Virus record (IMG/VR): IMGVR_UViG_3300036770_002724
Location: 64,001-128,000 of that record
Reading direction: 5' to 3' (one strand)
Length of the DNA: 64,000 bases
Source: a virus
The position numbers and the translations under genes are program-made. The notes under the pieces are model-generated. The model was not told where the DNA came from. It saw only the letters and a program-made list of their open reading frames with translations, and made no database searches. Of this stretch, positions 34,457 to 44,668 are shown in pieces. Each line of letters starts with the position of its first letter. Positions within the stretch are counted from its first letter, which is position 1.

Positions 34457-35155
34457 ATGTTGCCGGGAAGTCGCAGCAAAAGCGCGCCGGTATTCCGAAG
34501 TGCCTTTATGAGCCCCGACGATGGGGCCACAGGGCTCGGTATCCGTCCCGTCGTTTTCGACATCCTTGCTCCTGATATGGAGACCAGCATCCTCCCTCCC
34601 GACATCCGCATGGTCCTCCACGTCAATCCGAACTCGATGGCCCTCCAGTACGAGAAGGCCATTGAGCGGATCCAGACGAAGGGGGGCTATGTCGAGCAGC
34701 ACTGGGGCGAAGGCTCGAAGTCCATCGACTTCACCGCAGCGACCGGGGGGTTCAAGCGGCTTTACACGGGCCTGTCTCACATCACCGGAGGCGGGATTGA
34801 CGTCGGCGGGACACGCCGTGAAACCATCGCTTACGACAAGTACCTGGATTTCTTGGCTCTGTTCCACAACAACGGGTCGGTCTATGACACCACGGGCCAG
34901 ATCGTTTTCCAGGGAATCATCAAGGTTCTCTTCGACGGGGGGATCTACCTCGGCTGGTTCAACAACTTCGTCGTCACGGAGACTGCCGAAAAGGGCTTCA
35001 TGTTCGAGCTAACCGCCAGCTTTGGCATCAAGCACGAGGTCTTGCGCCTCCGGTCGCTGCCGTACACGGCCCCCACTCCAGACCAGAGCCGTAATGGCTC
35101 CTTGGTCTCTCGTGCAGGAAACTTCGTCGGCGGTCTCTTCTCCGACGAGACGTAG
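34457..35155 (+). CDS. Baseplate tube-initiator-like protein (paralog 1)
   Basis: VLHVNPNSMALQYEK...TKGGYVEQHWGEG...IDF...YLGWFNNFVVTE...FELTASF; tube-fold pattern. Confidence 0.6.
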   Translation: MLPGSRSKSAPVFRSAFMSPDDGATGLGIRPVVFDILAPDMETSILPPDIRMVLHVNPNSMALQYEKAIERIQTKGGYVEQHWGEGSKSIDFTAATGGFKRLYTGLSHITGGGIDVGGTRRETIAYDKYLDFLALFHNNGSVYDTTGQIVFQGIIKVLFDGGIYLGWFNNFVVTETAEKGFMFELTASFGIKHEVLRLRSLPYTAPTPDQSRNGSLVSRAGNFVGGLFSDET

Positions 35156-35164
35156 GAGCGAGTC

Positions 35165-36652
35165 GTGGTAATTCGTGTAGACTCCGTCGATTTCTCTGAG
35201 TCTGAGGGGGCTCGCATAGAGGTTCCACGACCCGCAGGGGCGTCTCCTGGTCGAATCGCCTCTCCGCCTGCGGCCCAAGGGGGGCCTCTTGCGGCCTCCC
35301 TTGGGGCTGATGCAAATGTCTCCACGCCTGACCCGCAGGCAGCACAGGCAGACCGGGTGGGTTCCGTGGCGGTCCCGGAGCGTGGTGGGACCACCCTCAA
35401 TGCACAACGGGTGACGGAACCCTCGCCCCCTCTCGCTTACCAAGGGTTGCGAACCGGACCTGAACTACAGATCGAGTACGAAGCCCCTCAAGAACTGCCC
35501 GTGTCGGCAGCTTCCAACCTTCTTCGTAATCTGTCCCCCTTCGTCATCCAGGTCGAGCCTCCACTAGTCTTTGGAAATCTCCCGCCCCGTGAAGGTCGTG
35601 CGAAACGTCGCCTGGTGGGGATCTACGACTCTGCCGCCAATGCTTCGGCGTCTAGCTACAGCGCCGCACGGTCCCGTCTTGACCAAGAACCCTACGCGAG
35701 CCCTAGCTTTGGCGGGGCTACTGATGAGGTGCGGGCTCTCAACTCTACGGGGGTTCAGAAATCTAGTTCTAGTGATGGGCAGGCTCCCCCGGTATCGGCG
35801 GACGGCTCAGGGCGACTGGCGGCACCCGCCATCGCGGATCTCCAGACCGCTATGGACATCGCGATGCAGCTACGGGCGATTCGGGACACGCCTCCGCTTG
35901 TCCTGTTGATCAACCCCCAGAGCCTTCAGCGGACCTTCACCAAGGTCCAGCAGTACAGCGACCGATCTCGGTACGGGTACATCTTTCAGGCATGGGGTGA
36001 GGATCAGCCCAAGCTCGGGATCAGCGGCAAGGTCGGAGCCTACATATCAGGGACACGAGGCGTCCAGTTTGCCAGTCGCAGGGACTCTGCGGCTTGGCAG
36101 AACTTGATGACGCTTTTCCACGTCTACAAGAACAACGGCTACATCTACGATACGATAGGCCGGTCGAACGCTCACCATCACGTTGGAGCCCTTTCCATCC
36201 GGTATGACCAATGGGTCTACTACGGGCACATGCAGTCATTCAGCTTCACGCTCGACGAGTCCAACGTCTATGGCGGGTTGACCTTTGAGATGCAGTTCGT
36301 GGTTTCGGCCATGCAGGATACGGCTCAGACCGTCACGGCTGTGCAGCCTATGAGGGCTCCTACGCCAAGCTGGAGCGACCCTCGCTATACAGGACAAGGG
36401 AGTCGGGCTCGAAATGAACCTGGTGCCTACTACGGTTTCGAGTCCGAGGAGCCCATCCAGTACTCCCCACCTCCGACCGGATTCGAGGCGAGGACCGCAT
36501 CCTCGGCGCGACCTACTTCGCAGCCGGTGAACAGTCAAGGTTTTCAGCCGGTAGTCTCGACTTCTCCGGCGCAACCACAACAGGCTCCGGCCAATAGCCG
36601 GTCCCTTCGCGTTCCCTTCACCTTGGCTCGGACGGGGGTCAACCTTCCATGA
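35165..36652 (+). CDS. Baseplate tube-initiator-like protein (paralog 2) with low-complexity flanks
   Basis: VLLINPQSLQRTFTK...SRYGYIFQAWGED...YYGHMQSFSFT...FEMQF aligns by eye with paralog 1. Confidence 0.6.
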   Translation: MVIRVDSVDFSESEGARIEVPRPAGASPGRIASPPAAQGGPLAASLGADANVSTPDPQAAQADRVGSVAVPERGGTTLNAQRVTEPSPPLAYQGLRTGPELQIEYEAPQELPVSAASNLLRNLSPFVIQVEPPLVFGNLPPREGRAKRRLVGIYDSAANASASSYSAARSRLDQEPYASPSFGGATDEVRALNSTGVQKSSSSDGQAPPVSADGSGRLAAPAIADLQTAMDIAMQLRAIRDTPPLVLLINPQSLQRTFTKVQQYSDRSRYGYIFQAWGEDQPKLGISGKVGAYISGTRGVQFASRRDSAAWQNLMTLFHVYKNNGYIYDTIGRSNAHHHVGALSIRYDQWVYYGHMQSFSFTLDESNVYGGLTFEMQFVVSAMQDTAQTVTAVQPMRAPTPSWSDPRYTGQGSRARNEPGAYYGFESEEPIQYSPPPTGFEARTASSARPTSQPVNSQGFQPVVSTSPAQPQQAPANSRSLRVPFTLARTGVNLP

Positions 36653-39600
36653 CGCTTGCCAACTCCCCTTATGTCGGGACGTGGAAGATCGACGGGAAGC
36701 GGCTCGTCCAGCACACCCCGGACGCTCTCGTTTACCTGAACGGGGATACTGCTCTTCCCGGTTGCCAGAAGTGTCATCGGCGCATCGACGTCCAGCAGTT
36801 TTTGACCGAGGTCGGTGTCGAGGCCGGGACGGAACCGGGAGGGGCGTCGGCCAACTTCAGCCTCACCGTCCCGATGCACCACACGGACAGCTTCGCTCGG
36901 GACGCCAAGTTCTTGTTGCGTCCTGGCTTGGAGGTCCACATCTACTACCGGGGCTACTTCCCTACGGATGGGATGTTTTCAGCCCTGGACAAGCCGACCA
37001 TTCAGGCCGAGGTTCAGACTGGGACGACGGTCGTCGAAGAAGCCCAGCTTACCGAAGAAGAGCGAAAAGAGCGCGAACTCAAGCTCCAGCAGCAGCGAGA
37101 GCAAGAGGCCAAGGCACGTCAGCAGCAGGGCCGCATATCGGCGGAGTACGTCAATCCGCCCATCTTTGACCCGGAGAAGGGTTTGACGCGCCGAGACGTG
37201 AACGACTGGGCTCGCCGTCTCAACGTCACCGAAGACATGCTGATGGCGGCTATCGTCGTGAAGTCCGAGACGGAACGCCCCGACGAGTCGATCACGATTG
37301 CCCACACGCTGTTCAATCGCCAAGCGACGGGTCAGTACCGGAATCCCCGGAACGGCGACAACTCCATCTGGTACATCGCCAACAAGGGCAACACCTATAC
37401 TGCGGCTCAGGATGTTGGGTCTCGGGAGTATAGCACCGGACGAATTCCGACCGGAAAGGATCTGGATCGAAGGCTTGCTTTGGTTGAAGACACCCTTCGT
37501 CAGCGCCAAAGGGGCGAGACTGCGGAGGCGGTCGTCAACTTCGTCCACAGCGACACCCAAGAGAAAGAGCACGCGGAATGGGTAGCCGGTGGAAGAAAAG
37601 GGACGCGCTATCGGAGCACGGCTGAAGTCTTGAAGTCTTGGGAAAAAGAGGGGCTGAGTCCTGTTTCCCTTGGCTACAACCCGAATCGGGTCATTTTCCT
37701 CTCCTCCAAGTACCAGAGAAGACGAGCGACCCCAAGCGCAGCCGCTTTCTTTGCGACTCAGGCGCTCGGACCTTACGACCCTACAGCGGCCCCCCCATTG
37801 GGGACTGTGGCGGAACCCGGAAAGCCCTATGTCCTGAAGCAACAGGTCGGAGACGCTGACCCCAAGCAGGGACCATCCCTTCTCGACACCCTCGGCTTGG
37901 GGGACTCTGGGATCGATGAGGTCATCGCTTACCCTTACTACCATGTCTTTCATGGTGTTGTGACCCAGGTGACCTTCAACTACTCAGGGGGCTTTCAGAA
38001 CATCACCGTTCAGTGCGGGTCGATCCTCCACTTCTGGTCGTACCAGCAGCTATCGGAAAACGCTTCCTTCCTCGGCGCGCGTCCCACCAACTCCAAGCTG
38101 AAGATGAGTCTCGTGGGGAGCAACTTCAGCGGCAAGCACCCCTACCAAGTTCTTTACGAGCTATACTCCGACGTAGGCGGAGCCGCTCACGGGGTGGGCT
38201 GGGCGCTCGGGTCTACGACTAACCAAGAGGCTCTGTCTTTCAACGGGGAGAGCCTGTTTTCCATCAACCTGAGCTACTGGGAAAAGCGGTTCAAGAGCCG
38301 GATGAACAAGCTCCGGCTCCACGGAGCTTCGGGAGAGCTTTTCAGTGCCGCTCAGGCAGCGTACCTGTCTCGACTCTCGACGACGGACCTCGTCAACCAG
38401 ATCAAGAATCGCCATACGCTCGCCCAACCGGCCTCCAACGATGCCAAGGCTTTCCTCAACAACTCGTGGGCCTTGCACGTCAGGACCAAGGCTGCGCTAG
38501 ACGCTTTCATCCAGCAGCAGCGAAGTCGCCCCCAAGGAGAGGCTCGGGAGGAGTCCCAGATCCAGGAGCTTTCCGAAGGGGAGCTTCAGGGGTCTTCGGC
38601 CAATCCGCAGGTCAACATCGCGGAGATGCAGCCCTTCCCCTTGGATCTCGGGAAGATAGGCCAGTTCGAGCTTTTTGAGTCCACCTACGTCTCGAAGCTC
38701 GACGTGGCCCAAAAGGTCATGGAGGTCACGGGCTTCGAGTTCTATCAGGACGTGGACGGGGATTTCGTCTTCAAGCCCCCCATGTACAACCTCGACACCA
38801 GTTCATCGCGCGTGTACCGGATCGAGGACATTGACATCATCAGCATCAACTTCTCAGAGAAGGAACCCGAGGCGACGTATGTCACAGCCAAGGGGTCGCA
38901 TTTCAAGAACCTCCAAGGGACGGGTCTCGAAAGCGAGTGGGGTGTTCGAGGTCAGTACATCGACTATCGCTTGGTGGCTCAGTTCGGGTGGCGACCGGGA
39001 TCGCTGGATACGACGTACTTCAATGACCCCAAGTCCTTGTTCTTTGCGGCGGTCAACCGACTCGACATTATGAACGCCGGGGTCAACTCCGCATCCGCGA
39101 CCATCCCTCTGCGTCCGGAGATGCGGCCCGGTTACCCCGTCTACATTCCGTATCTCGACTGCTACTACTACTGTCCGAGCTTCAGCCATTCCTTCTCGGT
39201 CGGGGGTTCGTGTCAGACCACCCTTCAGCTTGTCGCCAAGCGGTCAAAGTTCTTTGCGCCTGGTGTAGTGACCCCCGGCATCGAAGGGATTGACGCTATC
39301 GACCTCAGTCGTCCGGAACTGCCGGAACGCCCACTACAGGTGATGGGCCAAGACGGGCGTCCTCGACTGTCCGGGTTTCCCAACGTCGTCATGGCGCTCG
39401 ATCCGTACCGACTGAACCCCGCGTTCTTTTTGCTCGGGACGGACATTGATAACCTGTCTGACCCGGAGACGCTGCAAAACCTGCTCGACATGGCAGTCGA
39501 GTTTGGGGTCATCCGATTCGACGACAAGACGGGCTTCTACACCTACGAGGCCCTGGACGCCTCCTCTCAGCCCCAGAATGTCTACTTCAGCTTGCAGGCC

Positions 39601-42021
39601 CCCGGTAACAATCCGGACCCACGGCTACCAAGAGAGGGGGCCAAGGTCATCGACCTTCTGACCGTGGGTGAATCCTACACTCAGCTTACCGCGACCCGAG
39701 CCAAGGAGAAGGATGCCCTTCAGACCCAACTCATCGAAGTCCGAAGCGAGATTCAGAGGAACGAGAACATCCTCCAGGATGCTCGACCCAATGTCCAGCC
39801 GGGGGAAAAAGAAATCGCTCGCGCTCTCTTGTACGGGGCTCCGGCAGGGTCCACTCCGACACCGCAAGCCCAGACCGACGCAGGTCAGCCGGGGTCGAAC
39901 CCAAGTGGTCAGCAGGCTCAGAGCATCAAGGATCAAGAGGTCCGTACCGGGCTCTACGACCAGCGGAGCGACTTGGAAAAGCAACTCAGCGATCTCAATA
40001 ACTCGACCACCAACGATAAGCTCAACGCCCAGATCAACGGGCTACCTGAACTGATCCAGCTTATCGAGCGGACAGGGTCGAAGCTGCGGATCTCCGGGCG
40101 CCAAGAAGTTCCCGATCTGGAATCCACGGTCAACCTTCTCGACCTTCTCAGCGAAAAGAAGGCCGTCTTTTCCAACGGTCAACAGCCCGGTTACTACCGC
40201 TACTACTCGGCCTCGCACCCCAAAAAGGAGATGCAGGGTCAACCTCTCATCCGGCAAACCCGGGAGCCCAAGACCCCTGCTGGGGGCGAAAACGCCAAAG
40301 GGGCTCCTATTCTCGACCCTGTCTACCAGAACGCCACCGTCTTGGGTTATCGCCCTGCGCCGACATCCATTTTCCCTGGTGGGGAGCGTCCTGAGTCGGA
40401 GCTTGCCGAGGACCAGCCCGTGACCTGGGGCATCCGCATCCAGACATCGGATGTGACCAAGTATCCCAAGGGCATAGTGACTCCAACCCACTTGATTCGT
40501 GAACTGTCGTTCGCGCGGCATGAATCAAAACTCCGCCGCCCTTTGTCCAACACGAACAGGACCGAGATCCCCTTGGTGTCCACCGGGGTCACGGAAGCCC
40601 TCAATGGGGTCTTCGAGCAGCAGAGCAACAACTTGCCCGACAAGGCAGCCTCTATCTCCAGTTTCTTCAAGGAAATCTGGACTGCCAACGCAACCTATCT
40701 GAAGGACGCTCGGGATGTCGCAGCGTTGGCCGTCCAAGGGCAAGAGACGGTCCCCGACATCACCCCGCCTGAATTTCCCCTGTCCGTCTTGCTCAATGGA
40801 CTCGATGTCGAATCCATCGTGGCCTTGGAATCCTTCTTTGGCGCGATGGACTACTCCGGAACGTCTTCCTCTCTGGAGGACCTGACGGCTCCTGACCCCC
40901 AAGCCCAAGCAGTCCAAGCGATGACCTCCAACTCGCCGCAGACCTTCATGCAGATGGCTGGGGTGTCCTTGGGGCTTGCCCTCAGTGTGGACGTCCAGCA
41001 GGTTCGCGGGGATTGGATAAGCCGGATCGAGGTCAAAAACCCTGAGAACCGGGAGAAGATCATCGCGACCTTCGACTCGACCCTTTCCGCCAAGCTAGGG
41101 GTCAAGAGCGTCCCGAACGACAAGGTCAAGAAAAAGGAAGACTTCTCCCTAGAGACGGTATTTGAGAGTCCCGTGTTCCCGGTCTCGGATGAAAAGGGCT
41201 ACCACGTCTATGGGACGTACCGCTACGGTCGCGGTATCAGCGTCGAGCCTAATGGGGTCTTCGACGTCCTGCACAAGCAAGATCCTGTTTCGATGTTGTC
41301 CCGACCTCTCGTGGAGAACATCATACGGGTGCTGGTGGACGGACAGGCTGATGTCACCGTCTTCGTCGAGGAAGTCACCCCGAACGGGCAGATCAAGCGC
41401 GTGCCCAGGACACCACAAGGCGAGGGTGCAGCAAGACTCCAGAGCGCCCTCTCCCTGCTTGAACAAGCGGCGCTCCAAGAGCTACGGAACAAGAACGTCA
41501 CGGACAAAGACCTTCTGGACCTCGGACTGGCGACCCGGACGGACAACCCTTCGGTCATACAGCTTTCGCTCCAGAACTTCTACGCGAACAAGAAGGAATC
41601 CTTGATGAAGGTTCCTTTGCTGAACGCCGCGTACTCCTTGGCTGACCTTACTGAAGTCTCTTCGGGGTACGTCTGTTCCTGTAAGGCTGCCGAAGCTGGA
41701 GTTCTTCTGGAGGCTTTCGGCCAAGCGGGCTTCGTGAGCGTGGATCCCACAGCCGCTTCGTCCGAGGCCCTGGAGAGCCCCGACAAGTTGACTCAGTGGC
41801 TCGGACAGCGTGTAGCCGAAGCCGTTCCTCCGTGGGCGCTTCAGCAGCAGGCGCTTCGTGGGACGGTCCTCGACCGAAGAGGGACGAACATCATCGACAC
41901 CTTCAATGATCTAAGGAACTTCTCCGCTAGTGATGCCATCACCCAAGCGGAACGATCCTTCAACACCTCTGTGGGCCGGTTCAACCAAGCGGTTGAAAAC
42001 CTGGGTGACGAGGAGGCTTGA
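36649..42021 (+). CDS. Baseplate hub-like protein (1790 aa) with an inserted cell-wall-hydrolase domain
   Basis: Hub signatures (VFHGVVTQV, FEFYQDVDGDFVFKPP, SASATIPLRPEMRPGYPVYI...YYCPSFSHSFSVGGSCQTTLQL); SleB/Hydrolase_2-like segment at ~37210-37700. Confidence 0.7.
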   Translation: MTLANSPYVGTWKIDGKRLVQHTPDALVYLNGDTALPGCQKCHRRIDVQQFLTEVGVEAGTEPGGASANFSLTVPMHHTDSFARDAKFLLRPGLEVHIYYRGYFPTDGMFSALDKPTIQAEVQTGTTVVEEAQLTEEERKERELKLQQQREQEAKARQQQGRISAEYVNPPIFDPEKGLTRRDVNDWARRLNVTEDMLMAAIVVKSETERPDESITIAHTLFNRQATGQYRNPRNGDNSIWYIANKGNTYTAAQDVGSREYSTGRIPTGKDLDRRLALVEDTLRQRQRGETAEAVVNFVHSDTQEKEHAEWVAGGRKGTRYRSTAEVLKSWEKEGLSPVSLGYNPNRVIFLSSKYQRRRATPSAAAFFATQALGPYDPTAAPPLGTVAEPGKPYVLKQQVGDADPKQGPSLLDTLGLGDSGIDEVIAYPYYHVFHGVVTQVTFNYSGGFQNITVQCGSILHFWSYQQLSENASFLGARPTNSKLKMSLVGSNFSGKHPYQVLYELYSDVGGAAHGVGWALGSTTNQEALSFNGESLFSINLSYWEKRFKSRMNKLRLHGASGELFSAAQAAYLSRLSTTDLVNQIKNRHTLAQPASNDAKAFLNNSWALHVRTKAALDAFIQQQRSRPQGEAREESQIQELSEGELQGSSANPQVNIAEMQPFPLDLGKIGQFELFESTYVSKLDVAQKVMEVTGFEFYQDVDGDFVFKPPMYNLDTSSSRVYRIEDIDIISINFSEKEPEATYVTAKGSHFKNLQGTGLESEWGVRGQYIDYRLVAQFGWRPGSLDTTYFNDPKSLFFAAVNRLDIMNAGVNSASATIPLRPEMRPGYPVYIPYLDCYYYCPSFSHSFSVGGSCQTTLQLVAKRSKFFAPGVVTPGIEGIDAIDLSRPELPERPLQVMGQDGRPRLSGFPNVVMALDPYRLNPAFFLLGTDIDNLSDPETLQNLLDMAVEFGVIRFDDKTGFYTYEALDASSQPQNVYFSLQAPGNNPDPRLPREGAKVIDLLTVGESYTQLTATRAKEKDALQTQLIEVRSEIQRNENILQDARPNVQPGEKEIARALLYGAPAGSTPTPQAQTDAGQPGSNPSGQQAQSIKDQEVRTGLYDQRSDLEKQLSDLNNSTTNDKLNAQINGLPELIQLIERTGSKLRISGRQEVPDLESTVNLLDLLSEKKAVFSNGQQPGYYRYYSASHPKKEMQGQPLIRQTREPKTPAGGENAKGAPILDPVYQNATVLGYRPAPTSIFPGGERPESELAEDQPVTWGIRIQTSDVTKYPKGIVTPTHLIRELSFARHESKLRRPLSNTNRTEIPLVSTGVTEALNGVFEQQSNNLPDKAASISSFFKEIWTANATYLKDARDVAALAVQGQETVPDITPPEFPLSVLLNGLDVESIVALESFFGAMDYSGTSSSLEDLTAPDPQAQAVQAMTSNSPQTFMQMAGVSLGLALSVDVQQVRGDWISRIEVKNPENREKIIATFDSTLSAKLGVKSVPNDKVKKKEDFSLETVFESPVFPVSDEKGYHVYGTYRYGRGISVEPNGVFDVLHKQDPVSMLSRPLVENIIRVLVDGQADVTVFVEEVTPNGQIKRVPRTPQGEGAARLQSALSLLEQAALQELRNKNVTDKDLLDLGLATRTDNPSVIQLSLQNFYANKKESLMKVPLLNAAYSLADLTEVSSGYVCSCKAAEAGVLLEAFGQAGFVSVDPTAASSEALESPDKLTQWLGQRVAEAVPPWALQQQALRGTVLDRRGTNIIDTFNDLRNFSASDAITQAERSFNTSVGRFNQAVENLGDEEA

Positions 42022-44456
42022 TGAGCCGCACGCATTTGACTCGACGCCCTATCACCGTACTGGAATCCGTCCGTCGGGGCAGCCTCCTTGTCTCCTCGGA
42101 AAAAGCTCGCCGTGACAAGGAGCGGATGCGCCCTGAGTCGGGCAACGTCCTCGGTATCGGACGGGTCGTCAATCTCGACTACGAGGAGTTCTTCGTCACC
42201 CTGAAGATCGTCGGCGGGAATTCCGTGGACTCTGTCCGGGTGCCCGTTCCTATGACCTTCCCTGGTGCTGGGAACCGGCATTTCTTTGGGGCTCTCCCCC
42301 AGATCGGGGACTACTGCGTTGTCGGCTGGATGAACCAAGAAAGCAGTCAAAAGTCGGATCGGTCTCCCGTCATCTTGGCCTGGCTACTCCCCGGCATCTT
42401 CCCGGGCCGTGACTGGGTCACGACGGCGGAGTTTGAGAAGGACGAGTTCGACATCGAGTCCCCCAAAGACAAGGCTCTCTTTGACGGGATCTTCAATCCG
42501 ATTCGACACAAGCTACGGCACATCCAGCCGGGAAACATCGTCGGCTCCTCGGCCCAAGGCTCTGACCTCGTGCTCGACGAAGGCGTGATCTTGGCGAACC
42601 GGCGAGGTAACGAGTTCCGTCTACGGGACCAAGATCAAGCGGCGGTCACTCGCGCCCTTCAGCGATTCGACGCCTTGGCGGGTGTTCGGGCCTATCAGGG
42701 CATGGTCCAGCGGGACGCGACGCTGCTCGCCCCGTACATGGTGTCCGACAGCTACCAGTGGGATGCTAAAGAACAGATGATCGGGGATGACCCGGTTCGC
42801 CAATCTCAGCTTCCCCTCGACGCTCGCGCACCCAAAGGCTTCCTGACACCTGCGGGAGTCCTCCGCAAATCCCCCCAACTTGGGACAGCGGATCAACCTT
42901 CCGCGACCTTGAGTCGTCCTCGTCTGCCCTTGGACCGTGACCTCGACCCCTATGAGTTTCTTCAGCGCGGCGGCTTCATTGACTCGACAGGTTTCGTTGT
43001 AGATGACAAGCACCTCCCAACGGCTCTGTATGGTGGCAAGCCCATCCTGCGGGTCGCCGCACAGACCCGCGCCAATCCGGTCTTGGACCCAGATGCTCCG
43101 ACCCTGACCGAATACCGGGTCGAAGTCACGCACACGTCGGATGGCCGTCTCCCGGTTACTGAGCAGACCGACCTCTTTGACGCGGAACGTCTGCCGGGGG
43201 TCAATCCTTCGAGCATCCAGGGATTGCCGCCCAACATGCCCTTCATCGAATGGGTCATGGGCAGCGTGGTCGGCAACGATCCGTTCAGTCAGACAGGTCG
43301 AGCCAAGTACGGCTTGCCCCTGAAGGCCATCATCTTCGAGGGGGACCGTCCGGTCCCTAGACTCGAAGCCATTCCCCTCCCTCGGAACGCAAACAACCAG
43401 ACGAAGCCTGTATCCCTGGGGGACCATGCCGCTACCCTGTTTCGCCTCTCTCCCATAGCGGGAGGGGCGGACACCTTCTGGTCCGTCAACAAGAAAGGTC
43501 AAATGCGGGCTTCTCTCGGAGGCCCTGCTGCGGAAAACTCCCTTGAGGCTTATCTCCAAGGAGGGCTCAAGCTGGGGGTCGCTGGAAAGTTCGACATCCT
43601 GCTGAACGGCCACATTGGCTTTCGGACGCTCGGGAAGTCGAGCATGAACTTCACGGCAGATGACGGGTCCGTCGTCATCTACGGTGGAGGTCCGGTCAAA
43701 GACGCCTCCGCGATGGGCGAACGTCTCTTCGGCTCGGGCGGTGGCGAAGGCGCCCTCCCTGCGGTGAAGATCGAAGCCCGGACGAACACGCTGATCACGT
43801 CGGGAAAGACCACGACCGTCCAAGGGAACATCGTAGACGTCCAGGGGCCTTCGGTTCGTTTGCGGGCGAATCAGGACATGGCCCTTGAAGCCGTGGACCG
43901 CATCGGCATGAGCACAGAGACGCTCAGTGTCGCGGTCAACGGGAAGGCGTCGGAGACGTTCAGCGGCCCGAAGAACCTGCTACCGACGAACGGAGCCCTC
44001 CACGAACGGACCTACGTCCACTTGCTCGCTGGGACGTGCGAGAGCGTGACCTATGCTCTCGGAAGCCGGGAGGAGACCTTCGTCCTCGGAAATCACGATA
44101 CGACGATTCTCGTGGGGAACCTGTCGTACACGACTTTGGCCGGGACGTACACGGCGAGAGCGGTCACGTCGAGCATGGAGCTAGGCCCGACCGGAGTAGC
44201 CGGAACGGCGCTCGCGGGCAACGTGACGCTCCAGGCAGTCGCAGGAGCGGCGGTGATGACGGGGCTGACCTCGGCTAGCCTCGTGGCGACCGCCGGTCCT
44301 GCGGTCGTCCGGGGTTCTACTAGTGTCTATCTAGGGGCGCCCGTCGTCGGGACGGAGTTCGGCGGCATCCTGTCCTCGGGGACTCGCGAGCCCTTCACGA
44401 ACTTGCCCTTCGCGACCTGGGGCCTCGGGAGCCCGACGCATATCCTCGGCGTGTGA
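42018..44456 (+). CDS. Baseplate central spike/gp5-like protein (N-terminal OB fold, C-terminal beta-repeat region)
   Basis: IGRVVNLD...LPQIGDYCVVGW OB-fold signature; C-terminal Thr/Gly/Val-rich beta-strand repeats. Confidence 0.65.
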   Translation: MMSRTHLTRRPITVLESVRRGSLLVSSEKARRDKERMRPESGNVLGIGRVVNLDYEEFFVTLKIVGGNSVDSVRVPVPMTFPGAGNRHFFGALPQIGDYCVVGWMNQESSQKSDRSPVILAWLLPGIFPGRDWVTTAEFEKDEFDIESPKDKALFDGIFNPIRHKLRHIQPGNIVGSSAQGSDLVLDEGVILANRRGNEFRLRDQDQAAVTRALQRFDALAGVRAYQGMVQRDATLLAPYMVSDSYQWDAKEQMIGDDPVRQSQLPLDARAPKGFLTPAGVLRKSPQLGTADQPSATLSRPRLPLDRDLDPYEFLQRGGFIDSTGFVVDDKHLPTALYGGKPILRVAAQTRANPVLDPDAPTLTEYRVEVTHTSDGRLPVTEQTDLFDAERLPGVNPSSIQGLPPNMPFIEWVMGSVVGNDPFSQTGRAKYGLPLKAIIFEGDRPVPRLEAIPLPRNANNQTKPVSLGDHAATLFRLSPIAGGADTFWSVNKKGQMRASLGGPAAENSLEAYLQGGLKLGVAGKFDILLNGHIGFRTLGKSSMNFTADDGSVVIYGGGPVKDASAMGERLFGSGGGEGALPAVKIEARTNTLITSGKTTTVQGNIVDVQGPSVRLRANQDMALEAVDRIGMSTETLSVAVNGKASETFSGPKNLLPTNGALHERTYVHLLAGTCESVTYALGSREETFVLGNHDTTILVGNLSYTTLAGTYTARAVTSSMELGPTGVAGTALAGNVTLQAVAGAAVMTGLTSASLVATAGPAVVRGSTSVYLGAPVVGTEFGGILSSGTREPFTNLPFATWGLGSPTHILGV

Positions 44457-44667
44457 CCTGGGGCTCGGGGAACAACCTTCGGTACATGAACCGGGTCGGT
44501 AGATAGGCCAGCCCTAGCGCCAGCGGGACCGGGATCAACAAGGCCATTGGAGGCATCCAGTCGGAGGCTGCGATACCTTGGAGCGAAAGGCCCAAGGTCG
44601 CTCCGAAGACCGCTCCGAAGGTCACGATGACGGTCAAGAACCGAGTCCAGAAATCCAGTGTCCACAT
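44395..44667 (-). CDS. Small two-TM membrane protein
   Basis: Two hydrophobic helices; 3' end overlaps the spike gene by ~60 nt. Confidence 0.4.
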   Translation of the reverse strand: MWTLDFWTRFLTVIVTFGAVFGATLGLSLQGIAASDWMPPMALLIPVPLALGLAYLPTRFMYRRLFPEPQVTRRGYASGSRGPRSRRASS

Positions 44668-44668
44668 A

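Noticed and set aside
22124-44456. Extracellular contractile injection system (eCIS/PVC) or T6SS instead of phage
   Set aside because: A long tape measure with chaperones, neck genes, endolysin, DNA ligase, nucleotide-metabolism genes and many small phage-type ORFs fit a phage; no eCIS AAA ATPase or T6SS membrane complex was seen.
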